Positions 1-12,936 of a DNA stretch of 64,000 nt are shown here, piece after piece (positions within the stretch are counted from its first letter, which is position 1; every line of letters starts with the position of its first letter). Origin of the DNA: Octopus vulgaris (lineage: Eukaryota); contig OX597834.1 in NCBI GenBank assembly GCA_951406725.2, positions 42,346,001 to 42,410,000 of the forward strand, in the 5' to 3' direction. The position numbers and the translations under genes are program-made. The notes under the pieces are model-generated. The model was not told where the DNA came from. It ran no database searches and was given only the letters and a program-made list of their open reading frames with translations.

Positions 1-279
1 AAACAGCCACTTTAGTTCTCACCATACACAATTACAAACAGCTCCACGAAAACACTATAAAACAAAGCTCGAACAGAACAAGGAATGCGAATGTAAATAA
101 AGAGTATTAAATGATATCAAGAGAGCTTATTGTGTGAAGTTTTCTTCTATCCTATCTCAGTTTCTATTTATTTATTTATTTATTTATTTAATTCAATTAT
201 TGACTTTATACATAGATTTATTTTAAGCACTTAATGCATGTACAATGTATATAAATACGTATGTGCTTACTCGCTCGCT

Positions 280-469
280 TGCTCACTCCCTCCCTACATC
301 CCTCACACGGATGCCGATATATGTGGGCGCGTGTACATACATGTATGTATATATATATATATATATACATATGTATGTATATATATATATATATATACAT
401 AGACATGCACAAATGTAGCACATATATATGTACATAAACACATATATACATATATATAAATATACATAT

Positions 470-516
<47 letters not shown>

Positions 517-520
517 TATA

Positions 521-579
<59 letters not shown>

Positions 580-640
580 TATGTAAATATATGTATGTAT
601 GCATATATATATGTACATATATACATATGTATATAATATG
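280..640. repeat. (TA)n-rich compound microsatellite
   Basis: Direct reading; source of the YI-repeat ORFs. Confidence 0.95.
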
Positions 641-1283
641 CAGAAAGGTTTATTATCTAAGCCGTGTCCTTATATATATATAATCGCCTGTATATATTTA
701 TATATGTATACACATATACACGCAGACACGCAGAGATACATATATAAGTATGTATAGAATAACTTTTATTTCACACTTCACATTCCTCGAAATTTTTTTT
801 CCTCAAATTGTGTTTCTGGTTTTATCTTTATAAAACCACTTATTTTCTTTGTCCTTATAGTAAGTCTTCATCGTCTCAATCTCTCTCATAATTACCTCCC
901 TTTCCTTCTCTCCAACCCTTCACCACCCTCTCTGCCTTTTTCTCTACAATCCGAGGAAACTGTCGTCATTGTTTACGCCAGTTTATTCAGTGTTGTATCT
1001 CTCACAGCAAGAGATTTTCATCGTTTATGCTCCAACAACTTTGATTTCTTTCACTTGTGACACAGTAACTTAACTTTGTTATTTGTTCTTTGTTTTTAAG
1101 TCTTTCAATTCAGTTTTGTTTCTCTCCCAGCTTCATGGAAATTATGTGAGCGTCACAACAGAGTGCAATTATTTGATTTCATTGAAATAACAGCTAAATC
1201 TCCCTCAGATAACTAACGAAACTAACGGTCATGAGCAATTGAAAGCGAAAATATATTGGGTAACGTAGTCCTACAATGTCCTG

Positions 1284-1347
<64 letters not shown>

Positions 1348-1469
1348 GAACAACGAAGAAAGAGACAAACGTAGTAGACACGACCGGAAGTCCTATGGGC
1401 GCAGGTCTGCGTCTTTAGATCACTCTTGGACAAGAGGAAGAATTAATGGGAGAAGTAAAAAGAATAACA

Positions 1470-1870
1470 ATGAGATGATGATGATAATGATGGTGATGGT
1501 GATGAATAAGATGAAGATGGAAGAGAAGAAAAAGAAGAAAAAGAAAAAGAAGACGAAGAAGAAGAAGAAGAAGAAGAAGAAGAAGAAGAAGAAGAAGAAG
1601 AAAGAGAAGAAGAAGAAGAAGAAGAAGAAAGAGAAGAAGAAGAAGAAGGAGAAAAGAAGAAGAAGAAGAAGAAAGAGAAGAAGAAGAAAGTGAAGAAGAA
1701 GAGGTAGAAGATGCAGAAGTGGAGGAGGTGGAAGAATATAAAGAAGAAAGAACGAAGAATATGAAGGAGAAAAGGGGAAGAAGAAAGAAAAAGAAGACAA
1801 GGAAGAAGAGGAGTAGGAAGAGGAGTTAGAAGACGAAGAAGAAAGAAGAATGATGCTGATGATGATGGTG
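1470..1870. repeat. (GAT)n/(AAG)n purine-rich microsatellite
   Basis: Long gaagaagaa run; gives the poly-K/F/S ORFs. Confidence 0.95.
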
Positions 1871-2054
1871 AGGAGTTGGTATTCAACCTTCCAAGCTCTT
1901 CATTAAAAACATGAAATTCCTGTGAGACAGTGATGGAACCTATACACTCTGCTAGAAATAGCAGCTAAATCTCGCTGGTGTCGGGCAAATTTAAATAAAT
2001 TATTAATTAAAGAAGCAATTATTTGAGCAATATTTAGTCCCTGGTGCTGAGACT

Positions 2055-2260
2055 GAATGGCCGAATGGTTAAAGAGTTCAGCTTGCAATCACGAGATCTT
2101 TTATTCGATTCCATTGCGTGACATCTCTTGGGACTGTAGGTTGCAACACGATGACCTCTACACGAAACGCCGGGGCATGTTTTTGTTGTAACTTGACGCA
2201 TAAAACAAATAAGTTACCAAAATATTCAGAATTATATCAGGTCATTATATATATATATGA

Positions 2261-2307
<47 letters not shown>

Positions 2308-2505
2308 TCCCCTAACATCGCTTGACAACCGATGCTGGCGTGTTTACGTCCCCGTAACTTAGCGGTTCGGCAAAAGAGACCGATAGAATAAGTACTAGGC
2401 TTACAAAGAATAAGTCCTGAGGTCGATTTGCTCGACGAAAGGCGGTGCTCCAGCATGGCCGCAGTCAAATGACTGAAACAAGTAAAAGAGTAAAAGAGAA
2501 AAAGA
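2055..2505 (+). mobile_element. SINE family B (degenerate head, well-preserved 3' half)
   Basis: 3' half cgcttgacaaccgatgctgg...gactgaaacaagtaaaagagtaaaagag matches the other copies; (TA)n(TG)n precedes it. Confidence 0.8.
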
Positions 2506-3152
2506 GTTACCGAAGTTAAAGCAGGAAGAATTTTCTCAAAGTTATATGACTATGCATAAAAGCAAGACACACATACAAACACACGCGTATACATACACAC
2601 ATACATAGAGTCACACATACACACAGCTGAAAAGCATATGAAAAATATGTGGATACATATATGCAAGAGGACCAAAAAAACTGCAGAGTGCCACGTAAAT
2701 AATTCCTAATGGTTAAATGTCATTCATTTTTGAATGGAGAAAAAATTTTCGTGTGATTCCATTTGTTAAAATTTTACATTATCCAGTTTAATCATACAAA
2801 TGTAAATTCCTACAAAGTTGGTTCTTCCAAGATGCTATGTAATAATAAAGAATCACTGAACGCGGATTTAATCCATTTTTATTCGAAAATAAGATTAACG
2901 TTTCATAGAAACAAATCTTGCAGCGGATATTTGAACGGAAACTAGCAATACCTAAGTTGTGGAACGCAACAGAGTCCATTTCTTTCTCTAACCTGATATG
3001 GTTGGAGATAGTATTGTCCATATCTCCTTTCAGGTATCGTAAATGGAAGGATTTGTTGATAAAATCTCAGTTTAAAACAGTTTTCGATAAATCACGTAAA
3101 AAGAATAATAGAATCGTATTGTTGACGAATTAGATTTACTGCAACAGATTAA

Positions 3153-3194
3153 TAATCACTGATGAACAGATAATTACTGGAAACGAGACTGTTA
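3153..3194 (+). ncRNA. Degenerate type I hammerhead-like motif
   Basis: UAAUCA-CUGAUGA-A-CAG(AUAAUUA)CUG-GAAAC-GAGAC-UGUUA; stem III and cleavage site imperfect. Confidence 0.45.
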
Positions 3195-3196
3195 TA

Positions 3197-3360
3197 CCCT
3201 CTTTTACTTGCTTCAGTCATTTGACTGCGGCCATGCTTGAGCACCGCCTTTAGTCGAACAAATCGACCCCAGCACTTGTTCTTTGTAAGCGTAGTACTTA
3301 TTCTATCGGTATCTTTTGCTGAACCGCTAATGTTACGGGGACGTAAACACACCAGCATCC
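3197..3360 (-). mobile_element. SINE family B, 3' half
   Basis: Reverse complement of the 2300-2505 sequence. Confidence 0.85.
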
Positions 3361-3371
3361 ATATATATGTG

Positions 3372-3585
3372 ATTTCAAATTTTGGCACAAGGCCAGCAGG
3401 TGCAGGTGATTGGGTAAATCAGTTACGTCAATCCCAATGCTCAACTGATAGTCATTTTATCGATCCCAAAGGGATGAAAAGTAAAGTCTACCTCGGCGGC
3501 AATTGAATTCGAAACTTAAAGACAGACAAAACGCCGCTAAGCATTTCGCCCGGCGTCTTAACGATTCTGCCAGCTCGTCGTCTTA
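3372..3585 (-). mobile_element. SINE family A
   Basis: tRNA-like head gagctggcagaatcgtta, B-box-like gttcaaattcc region, body tttcatcc...gatcgataaa. Confidence 0.85.
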
Positions 3586-4137
3586 AAATACTCTGCAATT
3601 AAAAATATATTCAATGGTTCAGTGTAAACCAGAATCTGACTGAGAATTATGTGGAATAACCTTCAATTTAAGCTATAATATTAGAGAAGCCCCACGAGGA
3701 ATCAAAAGGCCAAAAAAAAAAAAAAAATACAATTTGTCACATTGAGTCCTTGTGGAATACTCAGGCACATTTTACACTTTATAAAACAATGAGTAAAAAT
3801 TTCTGTTCTTTTGTAAACACTTTCTGTTCGAATCGCCTCCAGAACCTTATACGTGCGTACAGCTAACATATGTGAAGGTGTTTTGTTTTTAGGATATAAT
3901 TAAAATAATGCAGTTGTGACCAATGGCAGGAAAACAAATATGATTTTAAATTTAAAAAGAAAAATTAAAGAATCGTAAAATAAAGAAATGAAAAAAAATG
4001 GAATAAATCTAGAAGGAAATAAGGAAAATATTCATATAAAGGGTTGTCAGATAAAACGTTCGTTTATTTATTTTTTTCTATTTCATTGATTTTATTCCCT
4101 TGAAATGTTATTCAAAAATAAAAATATTTTTGACAGT

Positions 4138-4355
4138 AAGGTGGTGAGCTGGCAGAAACGTTAGCACGTCGGGCGAATATGTTTAGCGGTATTTCATCTG
4201 CCGCTACGTTCTGAGTTCAAATTCCACCGAAGTCGACTTTGCCTTTCCTCCTTTCGGGGTCGATAAATTAAGTACCAGCTGCGTACTGCGGTCGATGTAA
4301 ACTACTCGCCCCCTCCCCCAGAATTTCTGGCCTTGTGCCTAGAGTAGAAAAGGAT
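4138..4355 (+). mobile_element. SINE family A (tail type 2)
   Basis: Near-consensus copy ending ggccttgtgcctagagtagaaaagg. Confidence 0.9.
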
Positions 4356-4580
4356 ATTTTTCTCGTAGTGTTCTATGGTTTTTGTAGATCTAAAATCTAC
4401 ACCAATTTTTATCATTATTTTTGAAATTTGAAAGACTTTTACTTCTTTTGAAACACATGACAATGGAGTGCCAAGTAGTAAAAACAAGGAATCAAAAAAA
4501 AAAAAGAGAAAAAAAGAAAAGAAAAGAAAAGAAAAGAGAAACAAGAAAATATGAAAACTGAACGAATTTATCTGCCGGTC

Positions 4581-5362
4581 GAATAGTTTATTTAATTCCG
4601 AGGCAGCGAGCTGGTGAGCTGGCAGAAACGTTTGTGCGCCGGACAAAATGCTTAGCGGTATTTCGTCTGTCTTTACGTTCTGAGTGCAAAATCGACTTAA
4701 TACCTATATCTGTTTTGTTTGTCCCCTCTGTGTTTAGCCCCTTGTGGGTAATAAAGAAATAGGTATTTCGTCTGCCGTTGGGGTGGATGATGAAATAAGT
4801 TCTATTTGGCAATGTTGTGTGTGTGTGTGTGTGTGTGGGGTCGATGTAATCGATTTTTTATCCCTCCTTCGCAATTGCAGGCATTGTGTCATAATTTGAA
4901 ACCAATAGCTTATTTAATTCCAAGGCGCTGAGCTGGCAGAATCGTTAGCGCACCGGGCAAAATAATTAGCGGCATATCGTTCAGCTTTACGATCCAAGTT
5001 CGAATTCCGCCAAGTTCGACTTAACTTTTCATCCGTTCGGGGGTCGATGAAATAAGTACCAGTTAACAATTTGGGGTCAATGCTATCGATTTTAACACCT
5101 CCCCCGCAATTGCTGGCCTTCTGCTATAATTTGAGACCGATAGCTTATTAAATCCCGAGGCAGCGTGCTGGGCGAATCATTAGCGCGCCGGGCAAAATGC
5201 TTAGCGGCATTCGTCCATTTTTACGGTCTGAGTCCAAATTTAGCTGGTGTCTACTTTCACTTTCGGTTTCAATAAAATAAGTACCAGCAGAACACTGTTG
5301 TCGATGTAATTGACTTACACCCCCACTTGAAACCGTTGCCCTTAAGCCAAAATTTGAAATCA
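4581..5362 (+). mobile_element. Three tandem SINE A copies sharing an upstream flank
   Basis: atag(t/c)ttatt(t)aa(t)tcc(g/a)aggc precedes each head near 4581, 4904 and 5139. Confidence 0.8.
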
Positions 5363-5883
5363 ACATTTCATTTAATTCTTCTCGCTTTGGTGTGTTTTTT
5401 TTTATTTTCGACATTTTAATTGTTTTTAAAAAATACAAAGAAATACATAGATAAATAAATAAAAAACAAATATATTTCTTTAATTAAACTTATCGCTTGG
5501 GTTTTGTTTTCACTCTCCAACTATAAGGAAGAAATTTTCAATTAATTAAGAATTTTCTTTTGCCTACATCATTCACTAAATGACCCTTTCACAGATTCAT
5601 CAAAATTCATGTCATTATCCCACTTGAGTTATCTCCCTTAGGTCATTTCATTTATTTGAAATTCTTCATTTTCTTTGAGTCAACCTTGACCTGATTTCAA
5701 CAGCTGTCAAGGAATAATCCGAAGTCGACACTATGTCTAATGAGGCAAATTCCGTCATTTTAATTAATTCATAATGAAACTAATTTATTTATTTATTGTT
5801 AGTCGTTTCCTTAATTTTTTTTTCCTATTTCAATCTATTTTTGCATGCTGTACGAAGTGGAAAGTATTGAGACATTAAATGGT

Positions 5884-6005
<122 letters not shown>

Positions 6006-6110
6006 ATACATACACACAGAGGCACATAAGCAAACATACGCAAATACACATTCTCGCACACACACTTACAAAGCAAAGCATCAATATACATGCATACATA
6101 TCTACATACG

Positions 6111-6160
<50 letters not shown>

Positions 6161-6184
6161 CGCACACATGTGGATCACGTAAAG

Positions 6185-6251
<67 letters not shown>

Positions 6252-6959
6252 CTTTGATTATATATGTATGTATGTGTGTATGTACGTAAGTATATGTATA
6301 TATATATACACACATACATGCATACATACACAGATACATGTATATGTACGTATACATGTATGAATGTACGTATTTATACATATATATTCGTATATATATG
6401 TGTGTATTTAATATATGTATGCGCGTGTAAGTTTGTGTATGACTGTGAATGTGGGTGTACGTATATATAGTCACTTATAATATTAATATTATAAATAAGG
6501 CAATAATTGCGGAAATAATTTATTCTCATGACCATAATTAATATTTATGTGTGTCCATAAATTTTAATTCCCACGAGCTTGCTTTAATTATAATTTACAT
6601 TCTAAAAGCGATTCCTTTTCTTGATTCTTCGCACTATACCTTTTAATAGGGTCAGCTTCTAAACATAGTGTATATATGATGTATGTTTACATGCTATATG
6701 TGTTCGTGATATTGGTGAAGTATTATAGAATAATTGATAATATGGGTGTGATAGCATTGTAATCTAATCGGGGTGTCACTTCATCTCTGGTCGCTACCCT
6801 TTGCAATTAGGCAATGATTCTGGGCTCTGCCGTATTATGCTAGCCCACCCCATCTTGTTAGAGATTAGGTGTTGGTTCAATTTACCGTAATTCTTCACTA
6901 ATATGTTTTATTAGTTTGAGAAGGATAACGCAAAATGTTAAGGGCTGGAATAAATATCG

Positions 6960-7612
6960 TTTTCTACTATAAGTACAAGGCCTGGAATTTTAGAGGAGGG
7001 ATCTGTTCGATTACATCCATCCCAGTGCTTGACTGATACTCGTATTATTCTCTCCGAAAGGCAGAAAGCAAAGTTGACCTCGGAAAAATTTGGACTCAGA
7101 ATTGTAGGAAATGAGTTGGCACTGGATGGGTGCTTCCCAATTCCATACATAATTCATGGAAGGAAAAAGCGAGGACAAGATCTCTCCGAGCAAATAACAA
7201 TAGTAATATATTTCGCCTGAATAAACATTTCCTCTCTGGACATTGGTAGCCTGGACGCCTTGGTGCGGACGCAACAGGGCTGGTAGTTAGACACAAAAAT
7301 ACGAAGGCATTTTTATAGACTCGAAGTCGTAGGAAATGCCACTAAGCATTCTGGCGCGCGTGCCAGCGATTTTACCAGCTCACCGTTGTTAAGATATGGA
7401 ATAAATATAGATTTCAAATTTAGGCACAATTCCAGCAACTTCGGGGGAGGGAGTATGTCGATTACATCGATCCCAGCGTTTAACTGGTACTTATTTTATC
7501 GCCTTCGAAAGGATAAAAAAGCAACGCTGACCTCGGGAGAATTTGAACTCGTACAAAATGCCGCTAAGCCTTTTGCCTGGCGTGCTAACGATTCTACTAG
7601 CTGGCAGCCTTT
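6960..7612 (-). mobile_element. Two to three decayed SINE A copies
   Basis: Family A motifs on the minus strand at about 6960-7110, 7320-7390 and 7412-7612. Confidence 0.75.
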
Positions 7613-7729
7613 AAAATATGGAATAAATAATCGCAACGCATTTTGCTTCAACTTTCCATAGATCCCTCCATCAACCATCCTGTATATATATATGTATCTA
7701 GGTATATATATATATATATATATATAAAA

Positions 7730-8090
7730 AAATACAAAATGGGACAAGAACGCAAAACATCCAGACAACTTGGTGATACAAAAAGGGACAACAAAAAATC
7801 CAGATACACGATACAAAAATCAAGGACGGGTCATTCAAAGCCTTTTATCTTCAGTCAAGAACCGGATCATCCTCGGAATTTCGGCTGATTAATCTTGAGA
7901 TTTCTCCAATCTGGCCAGCTCCAAGGAAAAAACTAAGCTAAGAGCATATATATATATATATATCTATTAATCAGCCGAAATTGCGAGGATGATCCGGTTC
8001 TTGACTGAAGATTAGAGGCTTCGAATGACCCGCCCGTATTTTTTGTATCGTTTATTTGAATGCTTTGCGTTCTTGCCCCATTTTGTATAT
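7730..8090. mobile_element. Inverted-repeat element among (TA)n tracts, probable Penelope-like terminal repeat relic
   Basis: 7735-7892 is the imperfect reverse complement of 7967-8088; TA runs at both ends and between the arms. Confidence 0.6.
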
Positions 8091-8091
8091 A

Positions 8092-8167
<76 letters not shown>

Positions 8168-8194
8168 TATATATATATATACATTAGTAAGCGC

Positions 8195-8385
8195 ATAAAC
8201 ACAAAACAAGGTGGAAAAAATAGTGCTCGAATACCGAAGGCAGAGTAATATGCTTCTTTATTAGAGTTGCAAAAGCATCTTAAGAACTGTTACTCAGAGA
8301 CTTTATCACCACCACCCGATGAATGGGAAACTGAAACCCCGAATAACAGCATTTGTGCTGCCTTTTTAGCTTCAATAAAAAAAGT
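8195..8385. mobile_element. Short inverted-repeat element with degenerate hammerhead-like motif (8316-8349, +)
   Basis: ctgttactcagag is roughly complementary to ccccgaataacag; CCGAUGA...GAAAC core. Confidence 0.4.
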
Positions 8386-8402
8386 ATGTATATATATACT
8401 TC

Positions 8403-8565
8403 GACGGGCTTCTTACAGTTTCCGTCTAGCAAATCCATTTACAAGGCTTTGGTCGACCCGAGGCTGTAGCAGAAGACACTTGCCCGCGGTGCCACGCATT
8501 GTGACTGAACTCGGAACCACGTGTTTGCGAAGCAGACTTCCTACCACCTAGCCACGCCTGCACCT
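8403..8565 (-). mobile_element. SINE family B, head
   Basis: Reverse complement of aggcgtggctaggtggtaggaag...gggcaagtgtcttct...gaagcccgtcg. Confidence 0.85.
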
Positions 8566-9637
8566 ATCTAATCGCGTAAACTATCCTTTATCTGATTCCG
8601 ACTCTTAACCACGAATGGAATTCTTAATATTAAACTCCAACGTAACGTAACAAGTGGAAGTCTATTACATTCTTGGTGAATATATAAACAGATGCCTGTA
8701 ATAAGCCATTCCTTATTGATTTGGTTCCTCCCACCACACACCTCCGTTGTCGCTCCTCCTTATCATTCTTATGGTTTGTACACTCAATATTCTTCCCACC
8801 AACGAAAGCGTCACGCCTGCCGTCATGCTTAATTCGTCCTTTTCCGATCACCGTTTCCTTCTTTCTTCTATATTTCTTCTCTCCAAATAGATTCGAACAA
8901 TTAATTCGTATCTATTTACTCGCGTTTTGGATGAACTGGTTTTCAAGCAACGGAATTCGTTGCAAGAAGAAATATTAATCTAGAGATGATGCGTGTATGT
9001 GTGTATATGTGTGTGTATGTGTGTGTATGTGTTTATGTTGCGTGTGCATATATATATATATATACATATGTGTGTGTGTTTTGATGAAATATCTACATGC
9101 GTCCCATACACACGGGATATACACATATAATCTTGGCTGAGTGGTTAAAGACCTTATTGTACAACCACTTTGTTCCGGGTTCAATCCCAATGCTCGATAC
9201 CTGCTGCAACACAGGACTGACCAATGATTTGTGAGTGAATTTTATAGGCGGAAACTGTGTTGAAGCCAGTCGTACACACACACACACATATATGTATGTA
9301 CCTATGTGTGTGTGTATTTGTATATACGCATATCAGTGGGTTGTATTTGTTTGTGTGTGTGTATGAGGTTTTGGATTTGTCCTCCTCTGAATTGTGCTGG
9401 TTTGTTTACGTTCCCGTTACTTAGCATTTCTGCATTTGAGGCCGATAGACTAAAGCATGAGACTTAAAAACAAGAAAGACTAAATAAGTCGGTTTCTTCA
9501 GTCTAATCCTGCAAGGCTCCAGCGTGGCCGCAGTCCAAATGACGCAGAGAAAATTTTAGTTTCGTATTGGCAAATATGTTTGTGTGTGTTAGCTTGATGC
9601 TCAACCGCCTATAACTTGTAATAACCTTGTTGCAGTT

Positions 9638-10180
9638 AGGCGGCGAGCTGGCAGAATCATTAGCACGCGCGGCGAAATGCGTAGCCGTATTTCGTCTGCT
9701 GTTACGTTCTGAGTTCAAATTCCGCCGCGGTCGACTTTGCCTTAATCCGTTTGTCTGTCCTTGTTTGTCCTGTCTGTGTTTAGCTCCTTGTGGGTAGTAA
9801 AGAAACAGGTATTTCGTCTGCCGCTACGTTCTGAGTTCAAATTCCGCCGAGGTCGACTTTGCCTTTCATCCTTTCGGGGTCGATAAATTAAGTACCAGAT
9901 ACACACTGGGGTGGATGTAATCGACTTAATCCCTTTGTCTGTTCTTGTTTGTCCCCTCTATGTTTAGCCCCTTGTGGGCAATAAAGAAATAAGAAACGTT
10001 AGCACTCCGGGCGAAATGCTTAGCGGTATTTCATCTGTCTTTACGTTGAGTTCAAATTCCGCCGAGGTCGACTTTACTTTTCATCCTTTCGGGGTCGATA
10101 AATTAAGTACCAGTTACGTCGATCTAATTGACTGGTCCGTTCCCAAAAGTTTCGGGTCTTGTACTTAGAGTATAAAGGAA
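9638..10180 (+). mobile_element. Trimeric SINE A
   Basis: Three head-to-tail units joined at aagaaaca|ggtatttcg and aagaaata|agaaacgttagc. Confidence 0.85.
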
Positions 10181-10558
10181 CCTAAAATATAAGGTTCTTG
10201 TCGCAACTAAATACATCGTTATTTTTGGAATCAATGAATCTATTCGTATATGTTGGTATTGGTATCTGTGCATTAGTGTGCGTATGTACAAATGTTACAG
10301 CAAGCTTGTATGTGTATACGTGTTTGTGTATTCAAGCATGTATGTGTATAAGTGTTTGTGTATTCAAGCATGTATGTGTATACGTCTTTGTGTATTCAAG
10401 CGTGTCGATATGATTTCAAGTGTGTTTGTAAGCTGAGATCGGGTGAACGTGTGTCTATGTCATGCGTGCAAGTATATATATGCGTGCATATGTACAATCA
10501 CGTATATGAGTTCTATCGTGGCTTTGTATGTACGTAAGTGCTGACATGCTGTGTGTGC

Positions 10559-10598
<40 letters not shown>

Positions 10599-10914
10599 GT
10601 GGATATATGCCAACGTGTGTTATATGTTACCTGCAAATGTGTGTTTGCATTTATATATTTGTGAACAACGGTAAAATCGTGTGAGCAACCAGTGTGTTTA
10701 TATATATAAGAACACGCATGCGCACGCACGTGCATCTTTCGGATTACTCCATATATACCGCCATTTCCGGTGTGGTAATTGTTAAACATTCAATGATTAA
10801 CTAAGCAAGCAACCAGGTTTCCAGCCACGGTGAAGTTTCACATACGTAATATAGGAATTAAAAGGTTTTCAACGATCGAGATTATCCTAGCAATTAGGAG
10901 ATAAGCACATCCTA

Positions 10915-11080
10915 CAGGAATGTGACTGTGTAGTAAGAAGCTTGCGTTCCGACCACATGGTTCTGGGTTCAGTCCCACTGTGAGGCACTCTGGACAAGTG
11001 TCTTCTACTATGATACTCAGGCCAACCAAAGCCTTGTGAGTGGATTTGGTAGAAGGAAACTAGAGGAAACCTGTAGTACA
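10915..11080 (+). mobile_element. SINE family B, head
   Basis: ggttctgggttcagtcccactg...caaagccttgtgagtggatttggtag. Confidence 0.85.
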
Positions 11081-12059
11081 TATATACGTGTGTTTATGTA
11101 TATATATATATATATATATATACATATAGGTGTATATACACACACACACACGTATGGGGGTATTTTTTCAACATTATTGTTTATTTTGTAGCCATCCAAT
11201 TTCCAACCACTTCAACCAACCGGCCAACCAACCAACCAACCAACCATCCATACATCTATTTAGCCAACAATCGAACTACCCAGCCAACGAGCCTTCTCAC
11301 CAACCGAATCAGCGAGGGTCACGCAGTTTGGGGGTGGGAAATTAGCAGCCATATCTCCCTCAAATCACACCGTTACCGCCTTAGAAAAGATACCAAGAAG
11401 ACAAAAAAAAATAAGAAAAAAAAAGGTAAAAAGAAAAAGGTAAAATAGACAGGGTGATCTTGGCTGGAATAATTCAGACATAAGCCTGTTTGGCCAGGGT
11501 TAACCTAGAGCTTCGCAACAACAACAACAACAACAACAGCAACAACTCGTCTTCCCGCCTCTTATCTTTACTTTCGTATCGCCGCCATCTTTTTTGCAAC
11601 TTTATTACATAAACACTGTATTCATTTAAAGACTGACGAAGTAAAATGGTAATTCTTTCTCTCTTCTCTTCATTCTTTCTTTCTTTCATTTTTCTCCATT
11701 GCTCTCTTTCTCTTTTTTCTCTTTCTTCCTTTCCTTCTTTCCATTCCCTCTTCCTTTCTTTCTTTCCTCCTTCCTCTCCTTATATTAATTCAAATCCGAA
11801 GACATAGAACAACATCTTCTGCAGAAAAGTATTCCAGATAATACATAGAAGTGACTTTACGATTCTTTATTGTTATTGTTGTTGCCGGATTTGTTACAAG
11901 TTGTTGTTTGTGTTGTTGTTGTTGTTGTTATTTGTTGTTGTTGTTTGTATTGTTGCTCTTTTTCTTGTTTTGGCGTTGTTTCTTTTTTTGCGTTGTTCAA
12001 GTTTTTCTTCCTCTTCTTTTTTTTATTTCTTCGGTTTACGATCATAACAAGTCTTCTCT

Positions 12060-12600
12060 GTCAAGTCTCTCACCCTCTCTTTCCCTCCATCTCCACTTAA
12101 CAATGATGTTTCTCTCTCTCCCTCTCTCTCATTTTCTCTCTTATCCCCACCCCCGTCTTTTACAAGCTATGTTCTCTTCTTCTCTCTCTCCCTCTTTCTT
12201 TCTCTCTTCCCCACCATCTATTTCTAACTCTCTATCTCACTTTCTCTTTTGCTCACCCTCTCTTTTCCTCTCTCTTTCTCTCTGTCTGTTTCTAACAATA
12301 GTCTCTTGTGTCTCCCTCTAGTTTTCTCTCTTTATTTTTCTCTCTCTCTCTCTCTCTTCTAATTTCTCCCGCTCTCTTTTTCGATGTTCTCTCTTTATTT
12401 CTCTCTGTCTCTAACTCTCTTTCTCTCTCTCTCATTTTATCTCTCCTCCTCTCTCCGACTCTTTACCTCTCTCAAACTTTCTCTTCCTTCTCTCCACCTC
12501 TCTCTCTCTCTTCCTCTCCTTATCTCACCATCGCTCCCCATCTTACACTCACCCTTTTCCCCACCATATCCCTCTCCCCCAACTACCCCTCCCTCATTTA
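12060..12600. repeat. CT-rich polypyrimidine low-complexity tract
   Basis: Direct reading. Confidence 0.9.
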
Positions 12601-12936
12601 CTGAAACCTTTGTAAAACATTCTAACAAATAAAACAGAAAAACCCACAAAAACCCACAAAAACCCCACAAAAGCACAAATACAAAACCAACAGCTTCACA
12701 ACATTTTTCTTTATATTTTCTTTATATTTTTATTACCATTTTTGTTTTGCAGGAATTAAAACCATTCCTGTTGAATTCAATTTTTTTCCTTTTCATCCTC
12801 TTAAATTCTTTTTTGGTTTAAATTTTGGATTTAAATTTTTGGTGAAACAAAACCACAAACTATCTTATTCCATTAAAAAAATATTTATTTTAAGTTTTTA
12901 GAATAATGGGGTTTCATTTAGTTATTTTCCGTATTT

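Noticed and set aside
218-626. YI/HT/CV-repeat ORFs here and throughout the window
   Set aside because: Translations of dinucleotide microsatellites, which lack stop codons.
9638-10180. Regular repeats as a CRISPR-like array
   Set aside because: Units are SINE monomers with no unique spacers and no cas genes; eukaryotic context.
12735-12790. Strong acceptor-like ttttgttttgcag
   Set aside because: No convincing donor or coding-like sequence follows.
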